NCBI RefSeq assembly: GCF_018977255.1
Contig: NW_024704747.1
Location: forward strand, 27,528,442 to 27,592,000
Length of the DNA stretch: 63,559 bases
Direction: 5' to 3'
Source: Callorhinchus milii
Lineage: Eukaryota
The translations under genes were made by a program, and so were the position numbers. Under the pieces are notes generated by a model. It did no database searches, was not told where the DNA came from, and saw only the letters and a program-made list of their open reading frames with translations. Shown here piece after piece: positions 1-13,800 of this stretch (its first letter is position 1; each line of letters starts with the position of its first letter).

Positions 1-631
1 GTCCCCACCTGTGTACCGGCTTCACTCCCCCACTGTGCGGGGCCTCACTGCACCGACACAGAGCAGCAGCCCCGGGCGGTCATTAGGCAGCGGCGCGGCC
101 CTCAAGAAGCCGTTTAATATCATTTCTCATATCCCAGACTGTCGGTAACGAGGGGAGAGGGGGAGGAAGCGCGGCCTCGCGCTCTCTCACACACACACAC
201 ACACACACCTGCGGACAGCGACACCGGCCCCGCGCGGCGGAAATGGAGGAGCAGCGGAAGTTCAGCCTTCAGCCGGGGTCGGGAGCGGTGCATTGTGGGG
301 TATGTCGTCCTCCTGACCTCGCCCGAGAGGCGGAGCGTCTGTGAACTACCTCTCCCAGAAGCCTCTGCTCTCCCATCCCGCCTGCTCCGAGCGGGCGGGC
401 GGGTTGGGCGGGGTGACGTTGGTGATGGAGGAGGAGGGCGCGGTGCCTTGTGGGGCGTGTAGTGCCGCTCGCCTAACCCGAGCGAGCGAGCGGGCGAGAG
501 GCGGGGCTTTGGTGCACTACATCTCCCGGAAGCCTCTCCACTTCCTCCTGCTCTCGCTCTCACCCACATCCGGCTGCTCCACCTGTCCGGGTGGGCACTC
601 AGTCTGGTGCGTAAAGATGGCGGATGGTTTC

Positions 632-664
<33 letters not shown>

Positions 665-1200
665 TTGGTTCCAGACTTCACCCCGCGTCAGAGACGTCAG
701 ATGTAAATGCAAGTTGTTGTTGTTGTTGTAGTAGCAGTTGCTCTCAGGTTTTTGGCCCCGGGGTTGGACTTCGCGGTCGTTCCTTTGCCACAACCTCAAT
801 CAGAACATGAGAGCATTTCTTCTCCCATTGGGTAATGACAATAAATAAATAAATAATCACAATAATAACAGTAATATAACAGTGATAATCCGATACAGCG
901 CCTCTATCATTGTCCTGGAGACGTCTCGAAGCCCTTCCTTCGCAGGTTACTATTACGCCGGGAGGGTCGGATTTCCCGCGAGCTTTTTGTTTCCGCGAGA
1001 ATCTGGCGCCGCGTTTCAAATGCAAAGATTATTACTACTATTGCTGTTAACGTCTCATGAAAGATCAATGACGGGATCCGACGGTCCGCCGCCCTCATCG
1101 AACGTGAACGGTGCATTTCACGTGCCGAACGCATGTTGCGGATCCAATCCCGACGGGCGAATAGCTCAGGTCCAACTCAGGCGCTGTATTGAAATGCAGG
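1..1200. promoter_or_regulatory. CpG-island promoter of DCAF17, probably bidirectional
   Basis: GC/CpG-rich. Four ACTACAnnTCCCA-like (ZNF143/THAP11) sites at 290-309(-), 345-363(+), 445-463(-), 516-534(+); YY1-like AAGATGGCGG at 614-623. Confidence 0.75.
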
Positions 1201-1324
1201 GATTATTGTTATTAAATTCTAATGAAAGATCAGTCACGGGATGTATTGATCCACTGTTCCCGTTTAATGTAAAAAGTGCGTTTTAGAAAGGTATCTGTTC
1301 ACATACAGAACATATCTTTTACAG

Positions 1325-1566
1325 ATAATAATAATAATAATCCTTGCATTTGATACAGCGCTTTTCACGTCGGGAGGACGTCCCAAAGCGCTTCACAGAA
1401 CATACTGCAAAGTGAATTGACTGTATATTTGTGGGCGAACGCGGCGGCCAATTGCGCACAGCAATGTCCCACAAACAGTCATAGATTGAAAATGACCAAT
1501 TAATTATTGTTTTTGGTTTTTGAAGGGATTATTATTAGGCTCTGTGTGGAGTAAGGAAACTTGCCC
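1325..1566 (-). mobile_element. tRNA-derived SINE, young family, 5'-truncated
   Basis: Near-identical to the full copies; L2-type tail ...aagcgctatatcaaatgcaagga(TTA)n. Confidence 0.88.
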
Positions 1567-1709
1567 GATCCTATCAACAGGCTAATAACTAGGGTCGACG
1601 TCTACAAAGGGAAAGAGGCATCGGCTGAATTGGATAAGCTATTTCCAAAAACCTGATCACAAGAGTCGTGCAAAGGAGTCTCACTGCAACGATTGTGGAC
1701 AGTTTGGAA

Positions 1710-1883
1710 ATGAGGCCTCCCGGGGTCAGAATACAATGTTCCAAACAATCTACCAAGATTTTACGTATAAAACACAAAAATAACTGTTGCATTTTGTCTG
1801 CAAGATCTCTTGGTTTGTATGGAAATGAAGCTGGCTCTCTGTATAGAAAAAACATGATCATCCTCCAACATTTAGTGTGCCAG
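1710..1883 (+). CDS. DCAF17: DCAF17 coding exon 1
   Basis: ATG 1710, MRPPGV...ILQHLVCQ|gtgagt; start codon choice less certain. Confidence 0.8.
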
Positions 1884-4800
1884 GTGAGTTGCGGTAAGAC
1901 ACACATTTAATGTAATACAGTAGTGCTGCATTGTCAAATCACCGAGTTATTGGATCTGGTGCCTTCTGACGAACACTGCAACAGCACATGACCATTTCCA
2001 AACCGTTGAGAATACTGTAGTTTGGGTTCAGTGCAAACTGTATTCAATACATGTTGCAGTGCATCCTGTTTTCATTGATACTAATCAAAATTTGTGTCAA
2101 CCTCGTAATAACAGGAAACGCTCCAGAAGTACCTTTATGTATTAAGGTTAATTCTCAAAGCATAGAAGTAAATCATTTCTAATTGTCAGTTCAGCTTTGC
2201 ATTTGAATGCTTTACACCTAATAGTTTGAGGTGAAAGCAAGAAATGGCAACATTCGAATAACAAATTCAGAACAATTTTGAAGGGATCTGTTGATGTATC
2301 GGCATTTTTCCTTAAAACTAAGCAAATAATAATCCTAACTTGGCAGTGAAATTCTTATTATTTTAAATCACAGGATCGTAGATGTTGATGTGCTTATTGC
2401 GAATTTAAAACTTCTTGTTCCGCGACCAAGTTACTAGTTCCAAAATAACAGAACTTCATAAATGTTTCTATTAAAACAAAATCATTTTAATATCTTTCAG
2501 AAGACAACAACATTTGAGAGTGTGTGGGCTAAACAGTCAAATTCGACAGTGAGTTATGAAAAAGGAAGGATTTATTTTGATAATTACAGGTGCTGTTTCA
2601 GCAGGTAATTTCAGAACAATTTAAAAAGAAATATGACTTTGAATGCCTGAAATTGTGAAATTGTTGAATGTAATAAAAACATGGCCTGAAGTAAAATGGA
2701 AAGCCCACCTCCTGTTTGAATTCTGGATTGCGTGCTTATTTTAAAGATTGCATGTTTGTAAACTCTACCATTAAATTGTTCTTTGACAGCATTGGGCCAC
2801 GGCCTACCTTGCTATATGAATTGCCCAAACGTCATGAATCAGAGAAGATTGAGGATGCGTTGCTCTGTGAGTGTCCTGTGGTGAGTTAATAACTTAATAA
2901 GAGTCTACAGAGTGAATGTTTATGAAAACTCTTATCTTGAAGCTGCAATAATAATAATAATAATCCTTGCATTTGATATAGCAGTTTTCACGTCAGGACG
3001 TCCCAAAGCGCTTCACAGAACACACTGTAAAGTGAATTGACTGTATATTTGTGGGCGAACGCGGCAGCCAATTGCGCACAGCAGTGTCCCACAAACAGTT
3101 GTAGATTGAAAATGACCAATTTTATTATTGTTTTTGGTTTTGGAGGGATTATTATTAGGCTCTGTGTGGAGTAAGGAAACTTGCCCAAGGTTTCGCCCTG
3201 ACCTGGAATTAAACTCAGGTCTCTCACTTGCAAAGCGAGTGCTCTAACCACTGAGCTACAGGACTCCGACTCCAGTATGAAAATCAATGGCATATTACCC
3301 CAATTGTGTGAAAATGTTACAGTATATGATTGTTGAATATGAAAACATTTTATGATTTCTTTTACACTCAAGGAAGAAATGCTGCCCAAACCAATTGCGC
3401 ACAGCAGTGTCCCACAAACAGTCATATATTGAGTGACCAATTTTTTTAAGGAATTATTCCCCCTGGAAAAGCAATCTGCCAATCGACTAACAACTGGGTT
3501 CCTACTTACTGCTGGTAAACAGAGGCGTTTGTGTGGAGAAAGGAAACTTGCCCAACGTTTCGCCCTGTCGGGAATCAAACCTAGGTCTCTCGTATACAGT
3601 ATCCAGTATGAAAATCAATGGCATATTACCCCATTTGTGTGAAAATGTTACAGTATATGATTGTTGAATATGAAAGCATTTTCTGATTTCTTTTACACTC
3701 AAGGAAGAAATGCTGCCCAAACCATCAGACCATAAGCCATGTCTTATAACTGTGACGGCAAGCAATTGGCTCATGCGTATATGCACCAGTACTGCAGAGA
3801 TTCTAGAAAAGGTGCATCTCTCCTCTCAATGGAAATTCAGGTATTCAAATAGCTGGAAATAATATACAGCACTTTCTGAAGTATAAAATTGGTTCTCTCT
3901 TAAGTGCTGAACAAATTTCTAAAGGATTCCACATTATCATCCATTCTAAAACTTGTTGCATCACAGAGGAATATTATTAGCAAATTATTATTTACAAATG
4001 TTTCATTCATTTAAAAATAAACAATTTGTTTTTCAAGTAAGTACTTTTAAATTCTTAACAGTCATGCAAAGACAAGGACTTGGAATTCCCATTTCAGTCT
4101 GGGACATTACCAATAAACAGTATCCAATCTAATTACAATACTGTGTTGTCTGTTAAAATAATTAAAATCAACAGGTATCTGGCATGGGAAACGACTCGAG
4201 AGACAATCGTAGTAAAGACTACACACAATAAGTTGACACCCGCAGCTAGAGCGGTAAGTAGTGATAAGCATGAGAAGAATTCGCAAGCGAGAGGACCCAG
4301 ATTTGATTCCCGGGCGGGGCCAAACCTTAGGCAAATTTAGTGGGACACTGCTGTATGCAAATGGTTGCCGCGTTTCGCCCATAAAATACACAGTTACACT
4401 TTACAATATATTCTATGAAGCACTTTGAGATGTCTCAACGTTGTGATAAGATGCTATATCAAATGCAAAGATTATTATTACAATTGAGGACATTTTTACA
4501 AAGTGAAATGAGTTCAGCTGCCATTTTTGTAGAAAGCTCGATCGGGTTTGGGTGGATTCTAATGCCACTCATAGCTTGAAAGAAAATGAAGTGCAATTAA
4601 TTTTTGTCAATTGCTGACATGATTAAAATTTTAGCAGCAGCCCATCAGTTAAATTTCCATGCAATCATTTGAAACAAAGTTAATTGAACCATATTTACCT
4701 GAACTCGGATCTTGCCATGAGTAATTCAATGTCAGGTGGTGCACATGCAATTGAAAGCAATCAATTATGATCGCAGTTCTTTGCCCATAACATGTTTTTG

Positions 4801-7800
4801 GCCACAATGCATTTCAACCTATAATTGGAAATGGATGAATAAATATCACTAGCTTTTCAGCTGTAATGATTTCCGCAGTAACGAAACCTCAGCAACTCTT
4901 GTGAAGTACCGTAGTTCATTCTTTCAGATCGCTGATCAGTTTGCAATGGTAGAAGAGTCGACTTTTGTGCAGTATAACTGACTTTAATTGTTCTCATTTA
5001 GTTTGTTTGCAATTCTCATTGGGTAATTTATTGACCAATTCATACAATTTTAATTCTGTTTCAAAATAATTACATAGTACAATTTGCCCGTTGGGACAAT
5101 TGTACGTGGAATCCTGTAGTATTGGTTTCTACAGTATATTGTGTGAACTGCTTTGAGACATCTCATTGACATGATAAGGTGCTATATCAAATGCAAGGAT
5201 TATTGTTATAAAGTTAACAGTTGGTCCATGCAGTGTATTCTTAAAACATTCCACTCGTCTTCCTGTTTTATGCCTTAAGGTTACATTTCATCGTAAACCT
5301 ACATTGACGAGTGTCACTAAAAACTCACACTCTAGACAAGCATTGTCAACTAGTTTTTTTTTCGTTAGAGCATTGCATTGTTAAAATAGATATTTTCCCA
5401 GAATTCAAAGCTAAATGCACAAATAAATCATCATTATACAAAGTCCTTCTGCAGAGTTCTGCCTGTTCACTGAACTTTAGAACTTCTTCCTCATTTCCTA
5501 GGAATTACGATTGCCTTTCTTGATGACCTTACACACTTTGATTAACTTGATAAATGTTGTTGTTAACATCTTCCAGGCAGGAATGCAACAGTCAGCTCTC
5601 TTCTATCTCATATTGTTCAACGTTCTGCCTCTCACATTAATAGGAATGCTGGATATCAACAAAAAGGTATTTTTTTTTAGACATAAAGTTTGTATTTATC
5701 AGTCCATTAGTAAACGTGTTACAAATTGGTGCATATTTTGTTGTCTCTTTTATTACCAATGCTTTCAAAAATGAATTATTAAATATAGGCTATCTAAATA
5801 AAACTGAAATCTGAATATTTTATCATGTGCCAAGTAGCTCTGTCGTAGCCATATCCTGCCACTTTAGCTCAGTACACTTCTTCCAAATCAATTCAGGACA
5901 TCAGGAAAAAAAAATGTACATTGACGTTATCAAGACTGAAGAGGTCTGACGTTGAACTCAGCAAGCATCTAATGAGAACATTTCAAACATGTAGCTGATT
6001 CCAGCACATGATTACGTGGGACACGCTTCCAATGGAACTTTGTTCGACCACAATGAAGCTTCACTGTTAACAAAGAGCAGGTTCAAATGAACTGCAGTGA
6101 AACGTAATCTGAAACTTGACAAGTTTACTAGTCTGACAATGCTTCATTGTGTTTACCCTGTCTCACCAGCGGAACATACTTTCTTATCATTGACAACGAT
6201 TTTTTGCCTCATTTTATTTCGACTCTTTGAAATTTGTTTCCTGACATATTAGTAGCATTTTTGTAGCAGTGAAATTGAAGCTTGAAAAGCCTTAGCCGTA
6301 ATATCTTTGTGTTATATATTTCCTCTTCTCCTCCCCTGTACAACTAACTATCCAACTATTTTGTTTCGCCCACGAAATATTAAAAATGTTACCGGACAAA
6401 TGTCAATATACAGTCAATTCACTTTGCAGTATATTCTGTGAAGTGCTTTGAGATGTCTCGAAGACGTGATAAAGCTCTATATCAAATGCAAGGATTATTA
6501 TTATTATGCAAAACCATAGGCATTTCAGTCAGTATTCTCACATTTTCTTTCCTCACCACTATATCCCATCTCACAGTGGCCAGGAAACTCGCTGTTCTGT
6601 AAATAGCCACAAGGAGACACAGCAACAGTAGCTCTTGTTGATGTATCATAACTTTTTTTAAATTTCCTCATCAGCCATACTTACCACTATTCCCCCAGAC
6701 AGTATTTGGCAAAATTGCTGATGTAAAACCACATCCTTTCGGTTAAACACTGCTGATTCTTCCGACAAATACATTGTTTTCACCCTATTTTTGTAGTCCT
6801 CGAAGGATTTACTGATATTGCCAAATAAATGATTTAATGCATGTGCCGCCCTTACATGCTGTGAGGTAACCAGTAAAACAATTACTGAATGAAACCTAAT
6901 TTGCTAACAAACAAACTATGATGTGAAATACTGTAAACCTCACACCAGTCGTATCAGTTTGGCCCATACATTTAATATAACTTATGCAAAGTACGAGTTA
7001 TGTCAAACTTGCAGAGAATATAAACTCTTGAATGGGTCCTGGGCAGATGTACGACTTATACGATTTATACGGATCAAACTGATGCGAGTTTTACTGTAGT
7101 TCAAATGGGACTTCAAAATTGAGTGCATCTCTTATTTATAATTTCTTTTTTTTGCAAGCCTTAATATTATCTACTTTCTAGGTTTTTGGGAACAATGTAA
7201 CCGATGCCACTATTTCTGAAGGGTTGCTCATTGTGACGTTTAGCACGGGCCTGGTCAGGTTTTACAGTTGTCAGTGGATTACAGAAAAGGTAAAGAATGA
7301 ACCTAATTTATGCTCATCGATGCTGAAGTGGTGTAGCCGTTATAACTACTCAATATACCAGCGTTGTATTGAGAGTACACAAAATATTTCCCTCAGTTCA
7401 TTCCCTCTACAGTATAATAAACACAGTAGAATTCATACAGTAAAAAAAGGTGGAATTTTTTTTTTTACAGCAACATTTCTATCAATGGGATGCCTACTAA
7501 TCGTAAGGACATACGAATTTGCTAGGCAAAAGAAGACCAAAGTCCATCCAGTTCGCCTTCCACCATCCTGGAAGTCGCATGCACATGTGGTGTCTCAAAC
7601 TATATACTGTATCCCTGATATTATTTCCTAAAATAAATCTTATCTAATTTGCTTTTAAAACAATCAACACTTTCGGCTTCCATCATATCCCAAGGGAGCC
7701 TGTTCTGTAAATTTGCTACTCGCTCAATTAATATGCATTATATACCTTTTTGGGAAAGTATTTGCTTCAATATGGTTAGAATTTCTTATGTAGCATTTTA

Positions 7801-10800
7801 ACTCAAATGTGCTTAGTTATTATTTATTCATTGGGATATGTATGAAATCATATCTACATATGTATGAAATCTGTAGATTGAATTATATTTTGCATTTCAC
7901 CCACAGAATATACTCTCAATTTACTTTACCGTATATTCTGTGAAGCACTTTGAGATGTCTCAAAGACATGATAAGTCACTATACAATGCAGTGATTATTA
8001 TTATTATGTGATTACACAATGGAGATCATATGGAGAGAGAAACTGAATTTAGGACATTATTTCAACAATGTTGAAAATTAACACTGAGATCAGTCAATAA
8101 TATTTTCGCAGTTTATGCAGAAACAACTGGTTCTTGGAGAAACCTGTGATTGGAATGGCACAACTGGAATCGTAGGCATGGCTCCATTTGGCATTCCATG
8201 CAACATTCAGATAACAGGTAGATTGTATTTGCACAATCAGCATTTATTATCCAGTCAGTTTTCCCGAAGGATATCAACTCAAAACCCCTTTGCTTCCAGA
8301 TTGCCCACCTGTCCTGTTTGAAGTTTCCTGCCTTGAAAATGCATTGCAGATTGGAGGACAACCCTGGCATTACATCAGTACTCCTAACAAGAGGAGCCAG
8401 AAAGGCATCTACCATATCTGTGCTTTACAGGATAAAACGCTGGTAATGAACCACAAATGTTCTGCTCAGTAATGTCCTTGCGCCAAATTATGTTGCAGTG
8501 GGACAGCCCATCGCCATTTTCAATACAGTATCAGCCTTTCAGCAGCAACCCAGAGCAAGAACGACCTAATGCTGCCTGAGGGAAAACAGCATGATTTTGA
8601 AGTGATTGATACCACGGCTCCGGGTTTGAATGTCATGCAGAGATTGTCTGGTAAACGTCAAAATACCAGACAATGAGCAAAATTCTTAAAAAAAAACTAC
8701 ATTTGCTAGTGCAATCATTGACTATTATCTTACGCTTCTCTGTATTCTGGTCACTGATAACAAAGACTGTACATTTGACTATAAATCACCAACAATATTC
8801 AGGTAAAATTACTTTCATTGTTTATGATTAAATAGCAGAGAGACCCATTGACACCTATTTCATATCATTGTCGGCCCCCCCCCCATTCCCATCCCCCAAC
8901 GCCCCCCCCAAAAGAGGCTTCCTTTGGAACATTCTCCCGATGTGAAAGGCGCTCTATAAATGTAATTTTGTTGTTCCTATTCTGGTTTAGGTTTACATAC
9001 AGCCACATGTAATGTCCAATATCTGCCACTGCAGTTGTACACCCCTTTCCTTCCAGCTAATAGTGTAGTAACGTATACAGTATGAATCATTACTCTTATT
9101 TGTACACATTATAGTATATATGGAATGACCAGAATGAGAACATTAGGTTAAACCCCGAGGGTCTGATGATTCACCTTGACTGTCATTCAGGCTTTCCTAC
9201 CCTGGGGCTGACGTTTATTGTCTGTCACCTAGGTCAGTAGAGGGAGTCCTCTCCTTAGAGAGGGGAGAAGTTACAGTAACAAGCCTATTCCCATTTCACA
9301 AACAATTCTCTCCCGACTGAATGCATCACCATTAACTCAACCAACAGAATGTCGCGACTCATAGAGTAGCTAGCCTACCTTTGTAGCAGACGTAGAACTA
9401 CACGGAGGTAAAAAAAAGAGCGCAAAGCAAAGCGTGTTCTGTGGGTCACTGATCTGTTTAGTTCACAGGACTCTGTGTCTGTAATTGGTGCCACTTGGCT
9501 CTGGTTCAATCCTATATCCTGCTATCATCCCTCCATTTTATCATACCACTAAAGGAAAGAATGTCTTGAAACTATAATAATAATATTAATAAATTAGCAG
9601 CAGAATGAGGTCTTGTACGTCTATGATTTGGTCATTCATGTCATTACTCAACACCACTTGCCTTAATATCCGTAGTATGGATGCTGAATCCATTCAGATT
9701 TCAAGACTGAGGCGGATAGATTTGTTAGGTCAGGGTATCAAGGGATAGGGGGCAAAAGCAGGTAATTGGAGTTGAGGTACAGATCAGCTATGATCTCATG
9801 GAATGGTGGAAAAAACTCAAGGGGCTGAGTGGCCTACTCCTGTTCCTATGTTCCCATCAGCCTGCACTGCGGTGCACCAGAGGTGAAGTGTAACCACAGA
9901 GTTTATGGAATTACAAATAGCAAAAATAACTCGTAAAAGTGTTCATGTAATTTTGAAGCATTTGTAGGCAGGTTGTCTATCCACTGTAATTAACTGCTTC
10001 AATGACTCAAACAATTGAGGATAATTTTTTTCAGGTGGATTAAAGTCAGGTAATGGTGCAAGTAATGCAGAAGGGAATTTCTAGAGAAATCCGGAGAGGA
10101 GATGATATGATTTTTAAAATAGTACAAAATGACAATAGAAAAATAAATTAAAAAAAGCTTCAGTATCCAAAACGTCGACTTAAAAACAACTGACAAAATG
10201 TGAGTGTTTGCCTTTGGGCTTGTGAGGCTGTTTTTTTGTGTGAATTTCACAAAATATTCTGATGTTTTGATTTAGTCCAAAAGTAACTTGTGAAATGAGG
10301 AATATTCAAAGTTCTGTACGTCACTCTGCTTCAATTTTAACATTAACTAAGATTTTATGTGTTGCCCTGAGGGGTTTAGGTGTCTGAATGGCTGTACATG
10401 GCTGCAGTAATACTAATTGAAATCTCATTTCTGATCTTGCTTTGAATTTCTATCTAATTCCACATTGCTGTATCTGACTGAATTCTGTGATGGATATTAA
10501 TATTTCTGTAACTATCAAATGCGCTTTTGTGTAACTAGGCAGAAAATGGGATTCAGGAGATGCAGTGCTGTTCACTGGAAACTGATTGGATCTATTTTCA
10601 TCCTGATACCTCTGGGAGGATTATGCACGTTGGACCAACACAAATTAAGTGAGTTTATTTAATTAACTGGAATCACTTTTCCATCGCTCATAAACAAAAG
10701 AACCAACTTCCGAATTCATGAATTATTAAGAAGGCCAAGAAAGAAGGGAGAGAGAGAGAGAAGGCAGCAACAACATTTGGAACAAAAAGATACGTAACCA

Positions 10801-13800
10801 AAAGATCAATTGTGAAAATAAGCAGAGAAGATAAGTCAAAGCGTGAACGATTGTTGATCTAAAATATAGCCACAAGAACGTTTCGGGTCATCCTGATGTA
10901 CTCGTTACAGCACTGGCAATGCCATGGTATGGGTAGCCCTGGAAGTTGAAAGATATATTCTTCATTCAGACATTTCAGTGGGGAAAAATAGCTTCATGAT
11001 TCATTGACGACATCTTCCTAATAACTGGTGCAAAATATTTCCTGATAAGTTGTACAGAGTGGCATTTCTGAATTGTACTAAAATTACGCCTAATGTAGTG
11101 TCTTACAGTTGACCAAGGTGTCTGAAGATACGCAAAGGCGGCAGGTTCTACCAGCTTTTACCATTTTTGCTGAAAGGGAAAAAAAGGTAAGGACCTCAAT
11201 GCAGTGAGTGATTCTCAGTTTCCTCGACTAAACCAGAAATTGTGCATTTCAGATTGGTTTGAAACAAGTTCCAAAGCAACTCGCAGGAATGCTTGAAAGA
11301 TTCAAGCAAAATGACGTAAAATTTATAGAGTAGCTTTCGCCCAAATGCTTTGTATTCTGTGCCCAATCAAAGAAGTCTTCCCCGCCAGCTTTTCTGTTTT
11401 TTGTTTCTCATGCAGATGTGCATCTAGAACAGAGACTTTGTGCAATTTGTACAGTAAAACTCACATAAGTCTGATCTGTGTAAGTCGTACATGTGCCCAA
11501 TTCCTGTTGAAGAGTTTATATTCTATGCAACTTTGACATAGCTCATACTTTGCGTAAGTCATGTTAAGTCATAGCCCAACTGATAAACAATTCACACACT
11601 TAATTAAATTATATATAATAATATATAATTTTCTGCTAGCCAGCAGGGACGGGATATCATTTTGTTTCCATGTTTTCATTTTTTATCATTTAGTAACGAT
11701 TTCTTCTCAGGATCATTACCTTTGCATTTTCTATGTATCTATCCATCAGGGCCTGACCCTCTTTCACTCACTGATCTTATTGGGGCCAATCGGTTATTGT
11801 TCCACTGACTAAACCACAGTTAACAAAGAGCTTTTTGTGTATTTCCTGTTATTTGGTGTCTGCATACTGCCACACATTTGTTATTCAAATTTAAGGTCAC
11901 ACAGAAATTAATGGAACAGATTGCTGAATTATAAAGGACCCACATTGTGGAATCCACATCCCACAACTTCACAGGCTAAAACTAGGTGGAATTGCAGGTC
12001 TGTGGTTTAAATTTAAATTCGACTGCACCAACCATACTTAGTTACCCTATGGAGAAACTCTCTTGACCCTAGAATGAGCCACCTGCTCATTTTCCGCTAT
12101 GTGTGTCTCGGGGGAATATTTCTGTAATGTGGAGCCAGCTGGATATCCTGTCACTGTCTGTAGGTGTAATGTAGCCCAATCAGTGGCATTCTTGTGTATA
12201 TACTCAGGCTGAGCAAGACAAATTCCCACAGACACTGCCCCTCCCTTCCTGAAATACAGCCAGCAATGTGTTAATAACTCTTCCCCAACATCCCGCTCCT
12301 CTTCACAGATTAACTCTGTTAAATAGTCTAGGCAAGGACACGTTTCTTCACCGCTCTTAATACCAAGTGCTCGTGATTTCCTCAATGCACATCTTCCAGC
12401 AACCAAGACATTTCGGGATCTCCTCTCCCTTCTCAGACGCTCTTCAAATCTTGTTGTGAAGGGAGCTATAGATAGCTTTGTCAATCTGCCACCATCTTCC
12501 CCCTCTCCTTCTGGTCTTTAGCTAGGCATCTTGGTATACATCAGTCATTTCTCTTGTCCCTGCCCCGGAAAATGAATGGGCCTGTGAATATTTCGTTCTC
12601 TTCAGCTCTGCAGGTTTATACCGGCTTATCCTTTCTGTGATAACATTCTAAATCAATGTTAATAAGCAGGTTTGTCTGGCAGATGTTATGGAAGGCACAG
12701 TTCATACAAGTTGGTCATTTTCATCCATAAAATACACAAGTCACTACACTTTACAGTACATTCTGTGAAGCGCTTTGAGACGTCTCGAAGACGTGATAAG
12801 GTGCTATGTCAAACACAAGGATTATTATTATTATAATTTGAAATATTTTATTTGAAACAACCTGAAGGGTGAATCTTCTAATGTTATTATCAGAATCTCA
12901 CCAGCGCCAACGTGTATTTTCAATGTAAATGAATGAGTGAATTTGGAATTGGAATGCCAATACCCAGAACCTTTTAGATAGAAAATTATTATTTGAATTT
13001 AATTGAGGCGGAATGGACAATCCCAGACAATACTAATGTGTCTTTGTGAACCTGTTTTATCTATTCCGATCTGCTCATTTTTTGGTATCTAAGAAGAATG
13101 CAGCCATTGTTTTGCATACAATTAAGGCATTGATGCACTTTTACAATGTCAATTGGAATCAACAAACAAACTGCAGATTCAGCAATGAAGCGACGATGAT
13201 GATATTCATGCTTTCATTTGACATTGTGCCTTTCACATCGGAAAAACACTCCCAAAGCACTTCACAAGGGTATACTGTAACGTGTAGTGACTGTGGATTT
13301 TGTAGTGAACATAGTATACAATTTATGCGTAGCAACGTCCCACAAACATGAAGTAAATATTACTAGAAAGTGAAATCAGTCATTTGCCTCTTACCCACTA
13401 ATTTATAGTTCTTTATATCAAATTCAAAAGTGGGTTTTGAGATTGACTGAATCCAATATCTTTATTCATATATTTATTGGGGAATATTCTACTAGCAGTG
13501 AAGTGAAACTGAAGTGCTTAAATTACACCAATAGTTAAGTTACCATCTCAAGCATTTGATAGCTTGCTAGGTGATTCCCTAAAACTTTTCCAACCAGAGG
13601 AAAAGATTACCATTGTGTTCCAATTAATGAGAGCAGTTTTATAGCTGCTTAGAAGTGAAGGATCATTTGCTTGCAAGGTTTCATTACTGTACAGTATTAG
13701 AATACTAAGAAGCACTTGAAACTTAACGCCCGTATTTGTAGAGCATTATCAGAAAGGTATTTATAGCCTTGAGAGCCAGAATCAACTTTTCTTCTCCGTT

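Noticed and set aside
120-1286. Several overlapping ORFs at the left end; a METTL8 coding call
   Set aside because: Stop-poor CpG island and microsatellites; no recognisable METTL8 peptide in the window.
6048-6151. Possible intronic C/D snoRNA (11-bp terminal inverted repeat, CTGA near the 3' end)
   Set aside because: No RUGAUGA C box in the required position.
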